A stretch of 63,758 bases of DNA, filler included, from Octopus bimaculoides (GCF_001194135.2; 11 parts of 10 records of this genome joined end to end with filler, not necessarily neighbours in it); one strand, 5' to 3'. Numbered from the whole stretch's first letter, positions 26,380 through 39,975 are shown. A program made the numbers and translations. Notes: generated by a model not told the origin, from the sequence alone.

Positions 26380-26846
26380 TTATATATATATATAAATCCC
26401 CAAAAAATAAAGAACAAATATAACAAGAAAAAACAACTACACGAGGACGTGGTACGTGCAAAATATTAGCAGATGCTCAGGGAAAGAAAAAAAGGTAGTC
26501 TTTACGTTTCAAGCAAAGCTCTTTGTTAGAAACAGGAGATGGAGGAAAGTCCAAGAGAAAAGGAAGACGGAGGAAAAAGATGCCAAATATCCACATGTGG
26601 TTACATATAGACATCTAAATACTTATACATACACATATATATATATATATGCACATATAAAATATACATGCATATAAAATATATATGCATATAAAATATA
26701 TATGCATATATAAATTTGAGTAAATTTTCCATGTAAGATCAGATATACATGAGAATCCAAACCATGCTCTTGCAGCATTCTAAGCACAAGGTCATGCACC
26801 ATCACACACACACGCGCACACATGCATATATATACATACTGCATAC

Positions 26847-26905
<59 letters not shown>

Positions 26906-27111
26906 TTTACATATATATTTATATGTACATATGCACACATGCATACGTATATATGTGTGTGAGTGTGTAAATACTTATATATGCATATATGTGTATGTAT
27001 ATAATTATTTATACCATAAAACTTGTGTAAAATTTCTACAGTACCTTGAAACATAAAAGATAGCATACAACTACAGACACATGCACAGACATACACACAC
27101 ACACATATATA

Positions 27112-28695
27112 TTAGGTAGAGAAATTATTGTTCCTTTTTACTCCCAGACTTGAAAAATATATACCAAAAATGGATTAAAATAACTTTAACCTACATCAAT
27201 TTTATCCTAAATTCTCAATATGGTGTTGTTTTGAAACAATAACTGAAAATTTATATGAAAAACTGATTTGACTCAAAATATCACTCGTATATTATCTTTT
27301 AATTGGTTAAATGAATTGGTTAAATGAATTTTTACTCTTTTCAGATATTCACAAGATGTCAGTGCTGAAGACTAGAGGCCAGATGTCATCCCACTTAAAC
27401 CTGTTAATTGGTACAGGGAAAGAACTTCCTGCATCAGAGCTTCCAACAGTGAGAGACATTTTAAGACTTGGGTTACTACTTCAGGAACAAAATTTCTAGG
27501 ATAGAAGGAACTATACTGATAAAGAACTCATACATGATATAATACCCTATATTCTGCATCAGAGGTCAAAAGCTACTGCACAATTCAAACTGATGGTAAT
27601 CATACAGTGTTGAACAAATGAGCTAAAACTAATCGGATTGTGGCGGAAAGCAGTATACACATCATTTGGTAAAGGAAACTTGACAACGTAAAATGCTTTT
27701 CTACACTCACTTGATACACTGTTCAATATCTTGAGCTGCAAGTGTTCAATAATTTTGTGTTCAAAAGGGGATTGTTCTCCCACTGGTAAGAGAGGAAATC
27801 ATTCCCACATTGACTGTTGATGCGCTCGTGAAAAAAAAAAACCTTTTCTAGAGCTACATTTCATAAGCTCACAAATGACAAAAGCAGAAGGCCAAGGCAG
27901 TATGCAAATGGACTCAATTGATTATAAAGAAAGTTAGAGACAGATATCTACTGAAAGAAGGAAAGGCCTTGTCAGAGAGAGGGAAAGAAAGAAGGGAATG
28001 ATGAGTGAAGTCATGCAAAGAGAAGAACAGTACTGCCATGATTTTCATCAGTTGTTTGATGGTTCTTCTGAAGAAAATGAGGTAATGTTGGACGAAAATT
28101 CTAAAGAATCTTCTGAAGCCATACCAAAGAGAGGAAAATACAATACAAGAGACATTTCAAACATGACATTAGCTAATATTCACCACCATACTGGATTCCA
28201 TAAGGCTGCTGAAATTGCAACTGCCACTTGGATAGATGTAGGCTTCATCCCAATAAACTTAGAAGAGCACAAGAAAAAGTAATGAATAAGATATCTGATA
28301 AGCACGGAAAAGGATTAAAAGGAGGGCTCTCCTGTCTTTTGTTTGATGGAAGAATAGATGAAACCAAAGTTATCATGGAAGTAGATGGAATTTCCAGAGA
28401 ATTTCCAGGTCTAATCAAAGAAGAGCACTACACTGTCTGCTCTGAGCCTGGTGGTCAATTTTTGTTTCATTTTACACCTGAAGTTGAAATGAAAGTTGAA
28501 ACAGAAAGATGCTGGTGAAAACTCTCAAAATTCTCAAAACATAAATTTCAAACTTGTATTGATGTAGTTAAGAGTTATTTAAAATTGTTTTTCTTTCCAG
28601 AATTTTGTTTTATATGCTAAAAGCAACAATAAATTACTACCAGACTTAAAGATTATAAACTTTCCTATTTATTCCCCAAAATGGACACACCCTAA
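27112..28695 (+). mobile_element. DNA transposon relic, hAT-related (hATm-like by recollection) transposase N-terminal half
   Basis: Reads ELPTVRDILRLG..LDTLFNILSCKC..HIDC.C..LLFDGRIDETKV..KEEHYTVCSEPGGQFLFHFTP. The right end reads TTAGGGTG on the minus strand. The left end (TTAGG) matches only weakly. Confidence 0.65.
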
Positions 28696-28849
28696 TATAT
28701 ATACATTGATGGACTGTATGCTCAATGTTCTTGAGTGTAATGTTCACTTGGTTGTTGATGTATTGACCTATGTGGGTGAATATATGGAAGTGTGTATATA
28801 GTTCCTTGTATACTTGTCCTTAAAAAAGTTATGCATACAGGAACCTTAT

Positions 28850-31800
28850 TCCTGTATATCGATTATCATAGAAATAGGTCCTTCGGTAGGAATTTTTTGT
28901 GGATATAATTGTTGATTGTTGTATAAATTTTCGATAATTCTAGTTGAGCTTGTTGATTGAAAATTTATAGTGTTTATTTTAGAAGAACGATTGTTGATAT
29001 TTGGCAGCAGAAATGTTTGAATGATTGTCATGTTTAAGTGTTGGAGAAATTTATAGATTTGAAATGTGTTAGCATTTTGAAGATTATATATTTTCAGGAA
29101 GAATCTAAATCAGTTTTGTAAGAAAAGAGAGTTGTTTGCTTGGTATTGTTGTGCATGACATAGCATTTTGCAGCTGATGCTAAATGACGTATGTTTTAAC
29201 TTTTGTGTCCATATACATTGAGACAGTGAAGTGTAATCTTTTTTTTTTGTTTGGGTTGCAGATGCATATGTCTGTTGGTGATATTGTGTTTGGAACTGGC
29301 TTGCAGTTGACTCTATGTATGGCTGTGGTTGAGGTTGCAGTATTTATGCTTAGAATTGTGCTATAGATAATGTTTATTGGTGAGGCAATTTTCATTTAGA
29401 AAGCCAGCTTAACAGGTGTTATAGTTGCTATTATTGGTGTTAGGAGTATAATTTTGGCTTTCATATTTTGAAAGTTTTTGTTGTATATAATTGGTTTTTC
29501 AGAGTTGTTAGTTAGTTGTGGAGTCAGATATTTATCTATTAGTTTGTAGTACCCGAGGGATGAGATGGAAGTGTTTTTGAAATATTTTGAAAAATATACT
29601 TGTTATTGGTGTCAAGAATTGCATACTGAATCAAATAGTTTTCCTATGGAGTTGATATTATATTAAATATTTGCTCACTGGGAGATAAAGGAAACAATCT
29701 TAGCTATATGTTCTTGACTAAGTTTTTAATTACACTTTTGTAATGATTGAATTTTCTATATATATGCTGAATTTTTTTCTATTCTTTTCTACAGGTTTTA
29801 TAAATAGAAGATTCTAAATCTATGATGTTATTGTGAAATTGATTTAAAATGTATGGCTATTGTAAAGGAAAACCCTAAAATTTTGAAGAAGAGATATATA
29901 TCTTTTCCAGATATGTTTTTCTTATTTATTGTTTGAAGTTTCTTTGGATAAGTAAACTTTTGTCTCTGCAGAGACCACCTGAAACAAAGGGGAATTTTAT
30001 GTGTACAGCTAATAATATATATAAAGACTGATGATGTTGCTTACCTCTGCTGGGTCCTTTGATCTTATGAAAACAGAATAGTTCATTATCATTTTTCAAT
30101 CTAGTATGCTTTATTGTGAAATAGAAAGGGACTCCTTAGGCCACAGTATTACACCTATATCAGCATTATTGATTGTTGTTATTGTTTTGGCAAAGTTCAA
30201 AGTAGCCATAAGTATTGGTTTTTATTGTGTAGAGCAGGGGTCACCAAACATTTTCGACCATCGACCCCCTTTAGCCACTTCTCCTTCTGCACCGACCCCC
30301 TTTAACCACTGTTCCTTCTGCATTGACTCCATTTAGCTACTTCTCTTTCCACATCGACCACCCTCCTCATTTAAAACATCGTAATACTCTACCCTACCGT
30401 ACTATATCTTAAATACGTACCAGGTTCTGAAGCTAGCAATTAAAACGTTAGCTAAAATATACATGTATGTCAAATTAAGAAATTCCATTGAAGATGACAC
30501 ACTTTTTACATTTAAAACTGTGTGTGAGTATACAGTATTAAACTTCCAAATTTTATGAAATTGTTTTCATGGTTAGAAAATGTACAAAACACACCATATT
30601 TTCCCACATTTCATGACACTGACTAAGTATTTCAAGCCATTCATCTGGGTGAGCTAGTCTTTCACATGCCGACCCTCATTCGACCCTTTGGCTATCATTG
30701 ACCCCCTGTAATACCTGACCAACCCCCTTTGGCGACCTCTGGTGTAGAGTAATAGTCATTGATGTAAAACTGTTAGAAATGGCACTTATTTTTGTTTCAG
30801 ACTTTATTAAACCAATCAGTTACTGCATAGGTGTTAGTTGAAAGGAGTGAGGTCAAGTGTGCTTTTAGTGTTCGTATGAATGCGTCAATGATTTTCTTAT
30901 TAATGATGTTCAAGTCAGATTCAGAAGGATTTATTAGTCTGTTATTGAGTTCATAGTGATAACTAGTTCATAATAATCCTTCATGGTGATAGCTAGTTTA
31001 TAATGATAGTTCATATGACATTTGGTTGTTAAGATAGCAACTGTATATCCAATTTTTAGGTTGGTAGCAATTTTTTGTCTGTGCTGCATACTATCATTAT
31101 GTATGTTTTATATGTGCTAGAAAAGAATCAGTGGTAAGAAGTTTGACTTATTTGTAGAGATTCTTTGTCTTGTCCGATTCTACAAACAAATTAGAGCTGG
31201 CTTTGAAACAGTTGATTTTCTGTTTCATCACTTTCTGTAGCGTGTAAATTTGCTTGTTGAATCATACTTTTTTATCATTGTGAATAATTCATCTTTAAAA
31301 TATCGTAGTAATAGATTAGATGGAGAACTTTTGATTGTCTTTAATCTGTAGTGGTTGGTGGAATTTTCATCCTTTTTTGTAGTGGTAAATCTTCCATCTT
31401 AGTCACTTGATGAAATTTTCAAATTTTGCAGTAATAACTTCAGGAAATGTCTTTTGGTTGGTATTGGTATATTCTTAATGAAGAAGCATATAGGATATTG
31501 CTACATCTTTCCTTGTTTTCAGTTAAGAAAAAAGGAATGCACTCATGTTGGAATGGAGCAATTATATTAATGCTTGACTTTATATCAAATTATATATAAA
31601 ATCAGTTTAACATTCAACTGAAAGATTACTCAATATTTTTTAGTAGAGTGCATATCTATTAACTTTTACAAAGAAAAAGTTTCAGCTTGCTTGATCTCAT
31701 CAGACTTTGCTTATTTGGGTTCTTTTTCACTTTATATTATATTTTGCAAGTTGTTTTCAGGGTAGGTGGAGTGATGTCAGTAATAATTAGGTGTAAAGTA

Positions 31801-32150
31801 GACTAGAGAAGATGTGTAGAAATTTGGGGTAGAGAAAGATTGGTGGATAGTATGTGCTTATAGAGTGTGGTTTGATAGAAATTAAGGTGAGAAGATATAT
31901 TTTGGTTTGATGTAGAAATTTTGTTATTGTTTAGGATCCACTCAGGTGTAAACAGTAGAGTCAATTCTTTGTACAGAAAATTGTTTTTTATAGTGTTTTA
32001 GGTTTCACAAAAGAATGCTTGTAGATAAAACAGTTGGTCACACAGCATAGGTCAGACTGAGGTTGAATTAATGTTGGTGTTATTAGATTACTATTAAGAA
32101 ATTTTAAACAGGGGTATTTTGGGAAATTTAAGATTGAAGAGATGATGTTT
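28850..32150 (-). mobile_element. Long degenerate Penelope-like element (GLYRDDGL-type RT + GIY-YIG endonuclease)
   Basis: Ordered minus-strand motifs: FVESDKTKNLYK, RLINPSESD, NTYAVTDWF, LMATLNFAKTITTI, SKDPAEVSNIISLYIL, GGLCRDKSL, LESSIYK, then NCLT..NIIYS..YIESTASQFQTQYH (GIY-YIG-like). Confidence 0.78.
30235..30741. mobile_element. Non-autonomous hAT MITE (507 bp) with perfect 8-bp TSD
   Basis: TIRs are CAGGGGTCACCAAA and TTTGGCGACCTCTG. TSD GTGTAGAG lies at 30227-30234 and 30742-30749. Confidence 0.92.
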
Positions 32151-32545
32151 TTCTAAGTAATTATTAGAATTGTCTAGTCTGTTTCAAGCTAAGCTATTTC
32201 TATTTACATTATTGTATCAACTTTTTATCAAACCACAACCTACAAACACATACCATCTACTTACCTTCCTCTATCCCAACTTTTTAAAGAGCTGATTCCC
32301 TGGTCTGCATACTCCACATCTAATTATCATTTATACAGATTAACTTCCTCTCCAAATAAATACACATTGCCAAAGACTATATAAAGCCAAAAAGAACCAA
32401 ATAGAGGTCAATCTGATGAAGATGACCAGGCCAGAATTTCAAAATCTCTGTCAAGTTTTCCTTGTTAATGTAAGTAAATAAATATATATCCACACACACA
32501 TAAATATATATATATATATATATATACACAAATATATATATATAT

Positions 32546-32580
<35 letters not shown>

Positions 32581-33029
32581 NNNNNNNNNNNNNNNNNNAT
32601 AATCTATAACAGTGTTTCTCAATCTTATCATTTCGGGTCCCCTGTTTCGATTGGAGCCTCTGGCTGTGTGAAGAATTCATCACCCCACTGTCAGAAAATG
32701 GCTTCAGGTGTTGTGAAGAAAGAATTTGTATGTAGTCTGTTTCTGAGAGCTATTCTATTGGAGTCTGTATAATCATTAAAATATTTATTTAATTATGAAC
32801 ATAGAAAGAAATTATATACATTAATCAGAGAGCAGAAATTGAAAGATATATGAAATGGATGTGCGTGTGTGTGTGTGTGCATGTGTGTGTATGTGAGAGA
32901 GAAAGAGAGATAGAGTGAATGAGTGAAGTTGTGCGTCATTGACATACATTGGCTGGCATGGCAAGTACGAAGCTTTTGAGGTGGCAGATGACTGGAGTGA
33001 TTTGGAAGATGTGAAGAAATGCCGTCTTT

Positions 33030-33426
33030 TCAGTGGAGTGCCACTTTGTAGGCAACGTTTCTCGTTTTCCCTTCTGATGCACAAATGTATAGACTTTGTG
33101 GCCTGCCAACACGGGAGTATCCAATGTAATGTTGACCATGGGAGAACACTTGCTCTGTGAGATTTAAACCAACCATTTGCAATGATTGACCCTGTGCCTT
33201 ATTTATTACCATTGAAAAGGAGAGTTTGACAGGAAATTGAAGCCGCTTAAACTTGTAGATCGTATCGGAGGGAGGGACATTGGAGTTATAAGAACATCTT
33301 GACCAGTGGCCGGTCCATTCAAGATAGTTGCCTGTAGAACATGGGAGTATAAATTTTGATTCTCATGCGCATGTCGTTACACATTATTGGAGCATCCAAA
33401 TTCCAGAGCAACATGATGGGCACCCC
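33030..33426 (-). mobile_element. Helitron PIF1-like helicase C-terminal fragment
   Basis: Reads GVPIMLLWNLDAPIMCN..ATILNGPATGQDVLI..FKRLQFPVKLSFSMVINKAQGQSLQMVGLNLTEQVFSHGQHYIGYSRVG..GKTRNVAYKVALH. Confidence 0.9.
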
Positions 33427-34850
33427 TCCTTAGAACTTTCCACTTCCTCCCCTTCCTCGGAACTTTCCTCTCCCTCCTCAACTTCGTTGAAAATTTCCAG
33501 GCAGTAATTCCTCCTCACCTCAGAACATTCCAGGAAGTAATTGGCCCACCTCCTCGGAACTTTCCCGGAGGTAATTCCGCCTCCCCTCCTTGGAACTTTC
33601 CAGGAAGTAATTCGCCCCTCCTCGGAACTTTCCAGGAAGTAATTAATCCCCTCCTCAGAACTTTCTAGAAAGGAATTTCACCGTACTCCCCATCCTCAGA
33701 ACTTTCCGGGAAGCAATTTTTCCCCTTCTGTGGAACTTTCCAGGAACTATTTCCCCCTCCTCGGAACTTTCCAGGAAGTAATTCTTCCCCTCCTACACTC
33801 CCTCAAAACTTTCCAGGAAGTAAGTCCTCCTAGTCCTCGGACCTTTACATGAAATTCTCGGCAATTTCCAGGAAGTCACATCCTCAGAACATTCCAGGAA
33901 GTAACTCATCATCGGAAATTTCCAGGAAGTCCTATCCTCGGAATTTTCCAGGAAATCGACGGAACTTCCCAGGAACCACATCCTTGGAACGTTCCAGGAA
34001 GTCACATCCTTGGAACTTTCCAGGAAGTAGCTTATCCTCGGAACTTTCCAGGAAGTAGTTTTTCGTCGGCACCTTCCAGGAAATCCTTGGAATTTGTAGG
34101 AAGCTCCTTCCTCGGAACTTCCAGGAAGTCATTGGAATTTTCCAGGAAGCTACATCCTTGGAACTTCAGGAAGGCCTCGGAACTTTCCAGGAAATCACAT
34201 CCTCAGAACTCCCCAGGAAGCCATCGGAATTTTCCAGGAAGTCCCATTCTCGGAACTTTCCAGGAAGTAGCTTTTTCTGGGAACCTTGCAGGAAACTCTT
34301 GGAAATTTACAGGAAGCTCCATCATTGGAACTTCCCGGAAAATCCTCGGAATTTTTCAGGAAATCAGTGGCACATTCCAGGAAGTCCCACCATTGGAACT
34401 TACCAGGAAATCCTCGGAGCTTTCCAGGAAGTCCAATTATTGAAACTTTTCAGGGAATCCTTGGAACTTTTCAGGAAGTAGCTTATCCCCGAAACTTTCT
34501 ATGAAGTCCCATCCTTGGAACTTTCCATGAAGTCCTCGGAAATTTTCAGGAAGTCCCATCCTCGGAACTTTCCATAAAATCCACGGAACTTTCCAGGAGG
34601 TAGCCCAGGAATCCTCATCTTGGGAAATTTCCAGGAAGTAATTCCTCCCCTTCCTTGGAACTTTCCAGGAAGGACTTTCTCCCACTCCTCGGAACTTTGC
34701 AGGAAGTAATTCCTCCCCTCATTGGAAGTTTCCAGGAAGTAATTTGCCCCTCCTCGGAACTTTCCAGGAAGTCACATTCTCAGAACTTTCCAGGAAATCA
34801 TCGGAATTTTCCAGGATGTTCCATCCCCGGAATTGTCTAGGAAGTAGCTC
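33427..34850. repeat. Degenerate minisatellite, core (CCTC)GGAACTTTCCAGGAAGT, units ~17-32 bp
   Basis: About 50 units by eye, of which roughly 25 contain exact TTCCAGGAA. Linkers are short and variable (TAATT.CCCCT, CACAT, AGCTTAT). Confidence 0.93.
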
Positions 34851-34854
34851 AGAA

Positions 34855-35030
34855 TCTCCCATCGATGACAATGTATGAGTGTTCTATAAAGAAAACAAGA
34901 CAATTCTAGCCAACTTAAAATGATAAAGAGGAGAACAACATTCCAAAAGCACTAGATGAACAGGGAAAGCACACCACAGACCTACAAAAGAAGTGCAACA
35001 CTTGGAAAAGATATACATGCAGAACGAATC
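34855..35030 (+). mobile_element. Possible R4/Dong-like RLE C-terminal remnant
   Basis: IPKALDEQGKHTTDLQK and KRSATLGK resemble the QKSAxLGT RLE end. Confidence 0.35.
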
Positions 35031-35745
35031 ATCTACATATAAATACACTAAATTAATTCATTTATGTTTGCTATCTACAATATAGTTATGTATGATTTAA
35101 TCTATTCTACTTGATGACTAAACATGTATAACTTTAGACCTGTAGGTCTTTTATAATGACAGTTACACTCACACAAATTTATATTATTTTGAGCAGCATG
35201 AACATGAAGACGGTTAGTTAAGCCAGCATTTGACCAAACTTCAAAATCACAGTGCAGTGATAGTTTGCAAGGTAGATGTTGTGGTGATTTAGTTTTATAT
35301 TTTTTGATGAAGAACTATTTGTACTCAATGTTTGAAAGGTTTATATAATATCAGCTTCTCTAGCATGCTCAAGCATTTTAAGTACCCTAAATTTTCTGTT
35401 ACACCATCGTTTATAAATATATAAATATATAGATATGTGTATATGTATGTATGTTCGTCTATATATATATTTGATTAATAAATTCAAAAAGGGATAAAAC
35501 TCTTTTACAAGAATTTTATCAAGAAGCCAGTGTGTAAAAAAGATTCATAAGGGAAATTTCTATTCCCAAGAATATAATTATACATCTATATTTATAATTC
35601 CTCTTATATAAATATAAACGTATATATATATATATATATATATATNNNNNNNNNNNNNNNNNNNNNNNNNNNNNNNNNNNNNNNNNNNNTTAATTAATTA
35701 ANNNNNNNNNNNNNNNNNNNNNNNNNNNNNNNNNNNNNNNNNNNN

Positions 35746-36103
35746 TCATATCTATTTCCTTGGTAAAGCCGTGTACTGTCTGTAGTAGTGTTTCTAGCTC
35801 TTTGTCGTTTTTTGCATATAATTTTAGGTCATCCATATATAGAAGGTGGCTGACTGTTTTTCCGTAGCATTTGTAACCGCATCCAGTTCTATTTAGCAAT
35901 TCGATTAAAGGTGTGAGTGCCAGGCAGAACAGGAGTGAAGAGAGCGTGTCTCCCTGGAATATTCCTCTTCTAATGGGGATGGCTTTCGTTTTCACAAGTC
36001 CCTCTTTTGTTTCGAGCTGTAGCACTGTCTGCCATTTGTTCATTGAGTGCTCTATGTATTTTATGATAATTGGTGCCACCTTGTTTATGGCTAGTGTTTC
36101 CAG
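35746..36103 (-). mobile_element. R4/Dong-like LINE RT fragment
   Basis: Reads IPIRRGIFQGDTLSSLLFCLAL..VSHLLYMDDLKLYAKN, with intact YMDD. It runs into a scaffold join. Confidence 0.9.
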
Positions 36104-36127
36104 ATTATTATTATTATTATTATTATT

Positions 36128-38540
36128 CCTTCGTAACACAATGTAGGTTAAAATGCACCGGAGTCTTTAGTTATCTGTCAAGTCACAACAAGGACCTCAG
36201 ACAAAAAATATTTTCCTTCAGATGTGCGCTGCGCCCAATTAGGCTGCTTTTTGCAAGACATCACTCTTGCATGAGATTTCTAGTTGCCTTAACATGTTTT
36301 GAAGTTTCATTGGGATTGAGCCCAACGCTCCGATCACCACTGGTATCACTTTTACATTACTCTCTCGCATTCCATCCAGTCTTTGCCATTTCCACTTTCA
36401 ATTCGGAGTACTTGGTGATTTTTTTCAACCCCTTTACTCACAACATTCATGTCATTTGATATGACTACATCAATGAACTGACAGTATTTGTCTCTCTTAT
36501 TCAATATGACAATATCCGGCCGATGGTGTTCGATTACACGATCCGTCTGAAAAGCATAGTCCCGCAGTATCGTTACTTTACCGACCTCCTGCATAACTTT
36601 ACTTGGTACATGCTCATACTAGTCCTCTGTTACATCATATTAGTATTTACGGCATAAGAACCAATGAAGATACACACACACTTTATCGTGGCGGCGATTA
36701 TATTCTTTTTGTGCAAGGCTCTCACATCCACTTACCAAGTGGGTCACATTTTCTATACTCTTTCCCCAGTGTCTGCATTTCTGGGTGTCATAAATTTTAT
36801 AGATGTTATACTTCAGTGACTTGGTAACGAGAGCCTGGTCTTGTGCAGCAATGATCAGGCTTTCGGTGGTAAGCTTCAAATCACCTCGTTGAAGCCATTC
36901 CTACGATGCTGTATTATCCTTAACGTCTTGTGTATTCCTTTCACACTGTCCATGCATTCTCATTTCAAGGTCTTCTTTTCTCATCTCTTCAACTCTTTGG
37001 TTAAACTCTTCCTTGCCCATCATTTCATCTGTACTTACACCCATATCTTTCGCGGCATATTCCAACAGGTCTTCATCACTATCTATCAAATACTCGACAA
37101 GCGTTCTCATTTCACTCCTAATAGAATGGTCTATACTAATTAGTTCTCTGCCACCAGTCTTTCTTTTCATATGCAGTCAGTTTACGTTTACTTTGGGGTG
37201 TAACGCCCCATGCACCGTCAACTTTCTCGTCCTGACGTTGTCACTTCTGGGTCCCATTCTCTGTGTAGAATGTCATCCAGCTCCAAAATCCTACGTATCT
37301 ATACCCACTACCGTCGAGTTCACCCATGGTCTCTCCTAATGGTAACCGTAATCTTCTGCAGGCTGCCTTCTTCCTTCTTTTTATATTAAGTACTGAGCAT
37401 TTAGTAATCCCAAATTCCATACGGATGTCCCTACCACACTTCTGGACTGTTTTGGTTAAGGAATCTATCTGTTTTTCAGATTTTCCAAATAATTTCAGGT
37501 TATCCACAAACAGAAGATGGTTCAATGATGGGCCTTTCTTCCCACATCGATAACCCATCTTAACTTTCTTAAGTGTTATTGTTATGGGTATTAGTGCAAT
37601 TACAAATAGTAACAGAGAAAACGAGTCACCTTGGCAGATGCCCCTTTTAATATCAACTTCTCCAAGGAATACATTACTTGAGTACAATTTGGTTTTCCAC
37701 TCTTTCATGCTATTCATCAGAAGATTTGTGATATTTTCAGCTACACCAAACATCTGAAGGCATTCAACGATCCAACAATGAGGCATCATGTCATGCCTTC
37801 TTAAAGTCAATCCAAGCTACAGACATGGTTGTATGATGTGTTTTACAATGCCTCAAAATTGGTTTATCGATGATCAGGTGATCCTTGTTACTCTGAGAAT
37901 TCTTCCTACATCCTTTTTGTTCCCTTGATAATATTTTTTCCTGTTCCAGGAAAGAATATGTCTTTGCCGCACATATTCCAGTGAGTATTTTCCAGATTAT
38001 GCTTAGGTAGTTTCCCACAATATTCCCCTTTCTTGTATCATTCATTATAAGTGTTGTCCTCCCAGTCACCATCCACGCGAGGACTGTACTTTTCTGGACA
38101 CACTCATTCAATTGGGCTGCTAGTCGTTCATGCATCGCGTGGCATCTCTTCAGCCAAAAGCCATGAATTCCATCTGGTTTGGGGGCTTTACAGTTAGGCA
38201 CTTTACCCACTTGTTCTTTCACGTCAACCGTGTTTATGACAATATTCCTTTGCTTCTTTCCTCCTTGTAATTCTGTCTTGATAGTTCCTATCCATATTGC
38301 ATCCCTTTTATGCACTACATTGTTTCCCCATAATCCGCTCCAGAACTCCTTGGCTTGATTTGCATAAGAAACAACATTTTCTCCATTGTCTTCTTCTAAC
38401 GTTCGGAAGAATTGCTTTGTGTTATTTTTTAACAATCCGTTCTCCTCGAACTGCTTATTTCTGTTCACAAATCTTCTGATCTCCTGGCTTTTTGCCATGA
38501 CCTTCTATTTTAACTGCTCTATTACTGTATCAAACCCGTT
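36128..38540 (-). mobile_element. R4/Dong-like LINE, 2.4 kb 5'-truncated copy (RT + CCHC + RLE + 3'UTR), frameshifted
   Basis: Reads KAPKPDGIHGFWLK, EQKGCRK, AWIDFKKA, RGICQGDSFSLLLF, HLLFVDNLKL, TESLIIAAQDQAL, RRHDKV and QTDRVIEHHRPDIVIL. Bounded by (TAA)n at 36105-36127 and 38545-38670. Confidence 0.93.
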
Positions 38541-38542
38541 TA

Positions 38543-38870
<328 letters not shown>

Positions 38871-39474
38871 AGTAATAATAATATGAATACGCTAACTTTT
38901 GTTTACGTACCTGTGGTGTGTGCCACACTTCAAAGAAGTGGCAAAGCGAGAGAGAGGAGGACAAAGAGGAAGTAAGAAAGAAAGAAGAGAGAGAGAGAGA
39001 GAGAGAGTGAAAGAGACAGTGAGTCGTGAGGGAGAGAGAGAAATTGAGAGAGAGAGAGAAAGAAAGAGAGAGAGAGAGAGAAAGAAAGAAAGAGAGAGAG
39101 AGAAAGACAGTGAGAAAGAGAGATAGATAGAGAGAGAGAGAGAGAGAGAAAAGTGAAAACTTAGTTGTGAATTATTTGACATTTACTGTCTGTTTGTCTG
39201 TCTGCTTCTCTCTAGGTATGTGTTTGTGGATGTGTGTGCATGTATGTGTATATTTGTATGCATAAGATTGTGCGCTGGATCTCTCGGCCAACAAACCACA
39301 AAATCGCACCAGACCACTACCTCTAAGCCCATCATATATGTATGTATGTATGTATGCATGCATGTATGTATCTATGTATCTATGTATGTATGTACGTATC
39401 TATGTATGTATGTATGTATGTATCCATGCATGCAAGCATGTATGTATGTATGTATGTATGTATGCATGTATGTA

Positions 39475-39660
39475 TATGTCTGTGTTTGTCCCACCACCAC
39501 CATTGCTTCACACCGATGTAAATTAGCTGTTCAGCAGAAAAGACTGATAGAATAAGCACCAGGTTTACAGGGAATAAGTCCAGGGGTCAATTTCTTCGAC
39601 TAAAAGGTGGTGCTCAAGCATGGCCACCGTCAAATGACTGAAACAAGTAAAAGAATAAAC
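39475..39660 (+). mobile_element. SINE family A, 3' half
   Basis: GTGTTTGTCCC..GATAGAATAAGCACCAGG..GGGGTCAAT..CAAATGACTGAAACAAGTAAAAG. Confidence 0.8.
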
Positions 39661-39834
39661 AAGTACCAGAAAAACGTTCCGTACCACTAAACCAAGAAGG
39701 TTCTTTGCATATGTTCGATGTATTCTAAGGTTAAATAGTAATTCCGTTTACGTTTGTATAACTGAGATATTTTGGTTGGATTATATAGTCATTGGTGTTA
39801 CATTACTTCCTATATTCTGTAACTGTCACAATAT

Positions 39835-39975
39835 ACTTTTCTAGGCCTGAAACGTCTGTGGGGAAAGGGCCAGTTGATTAGATCAACTCCAGTACTGGTA
39901 CTTAATTTATCGATCCCCAAAGGACGAAATGCAAGTCCACCTCGGCAGAATTTGAACTCAGAACGTAAAGACAGA
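39835..39975 (-). mobile_element. SINE family B, partial
   Basis: Reverse complement has CGTTCTGAGTTCAAATTCTGCCGAGGTGGACTT..GATCGATAAATTAAGTACCAG. Confidence 0.8.

Noticed and set aside
31660-31712. Second hammerhead-like core (CTGATGAG..GAAAC on minus strand) inside the Penelope-like element
   Set aside because: Stems I and II do not pair, so it is at best a decayed remnant.
33427-34850. CRISPR-like array
   Set aside because: The repeats are degenerate and variable in length, the linkers are short and mutually similar rather than unique spacers, there are no cas genes, and the context is eukaryotic. The overlapping ORFs (33793-34840) are repeat translations.
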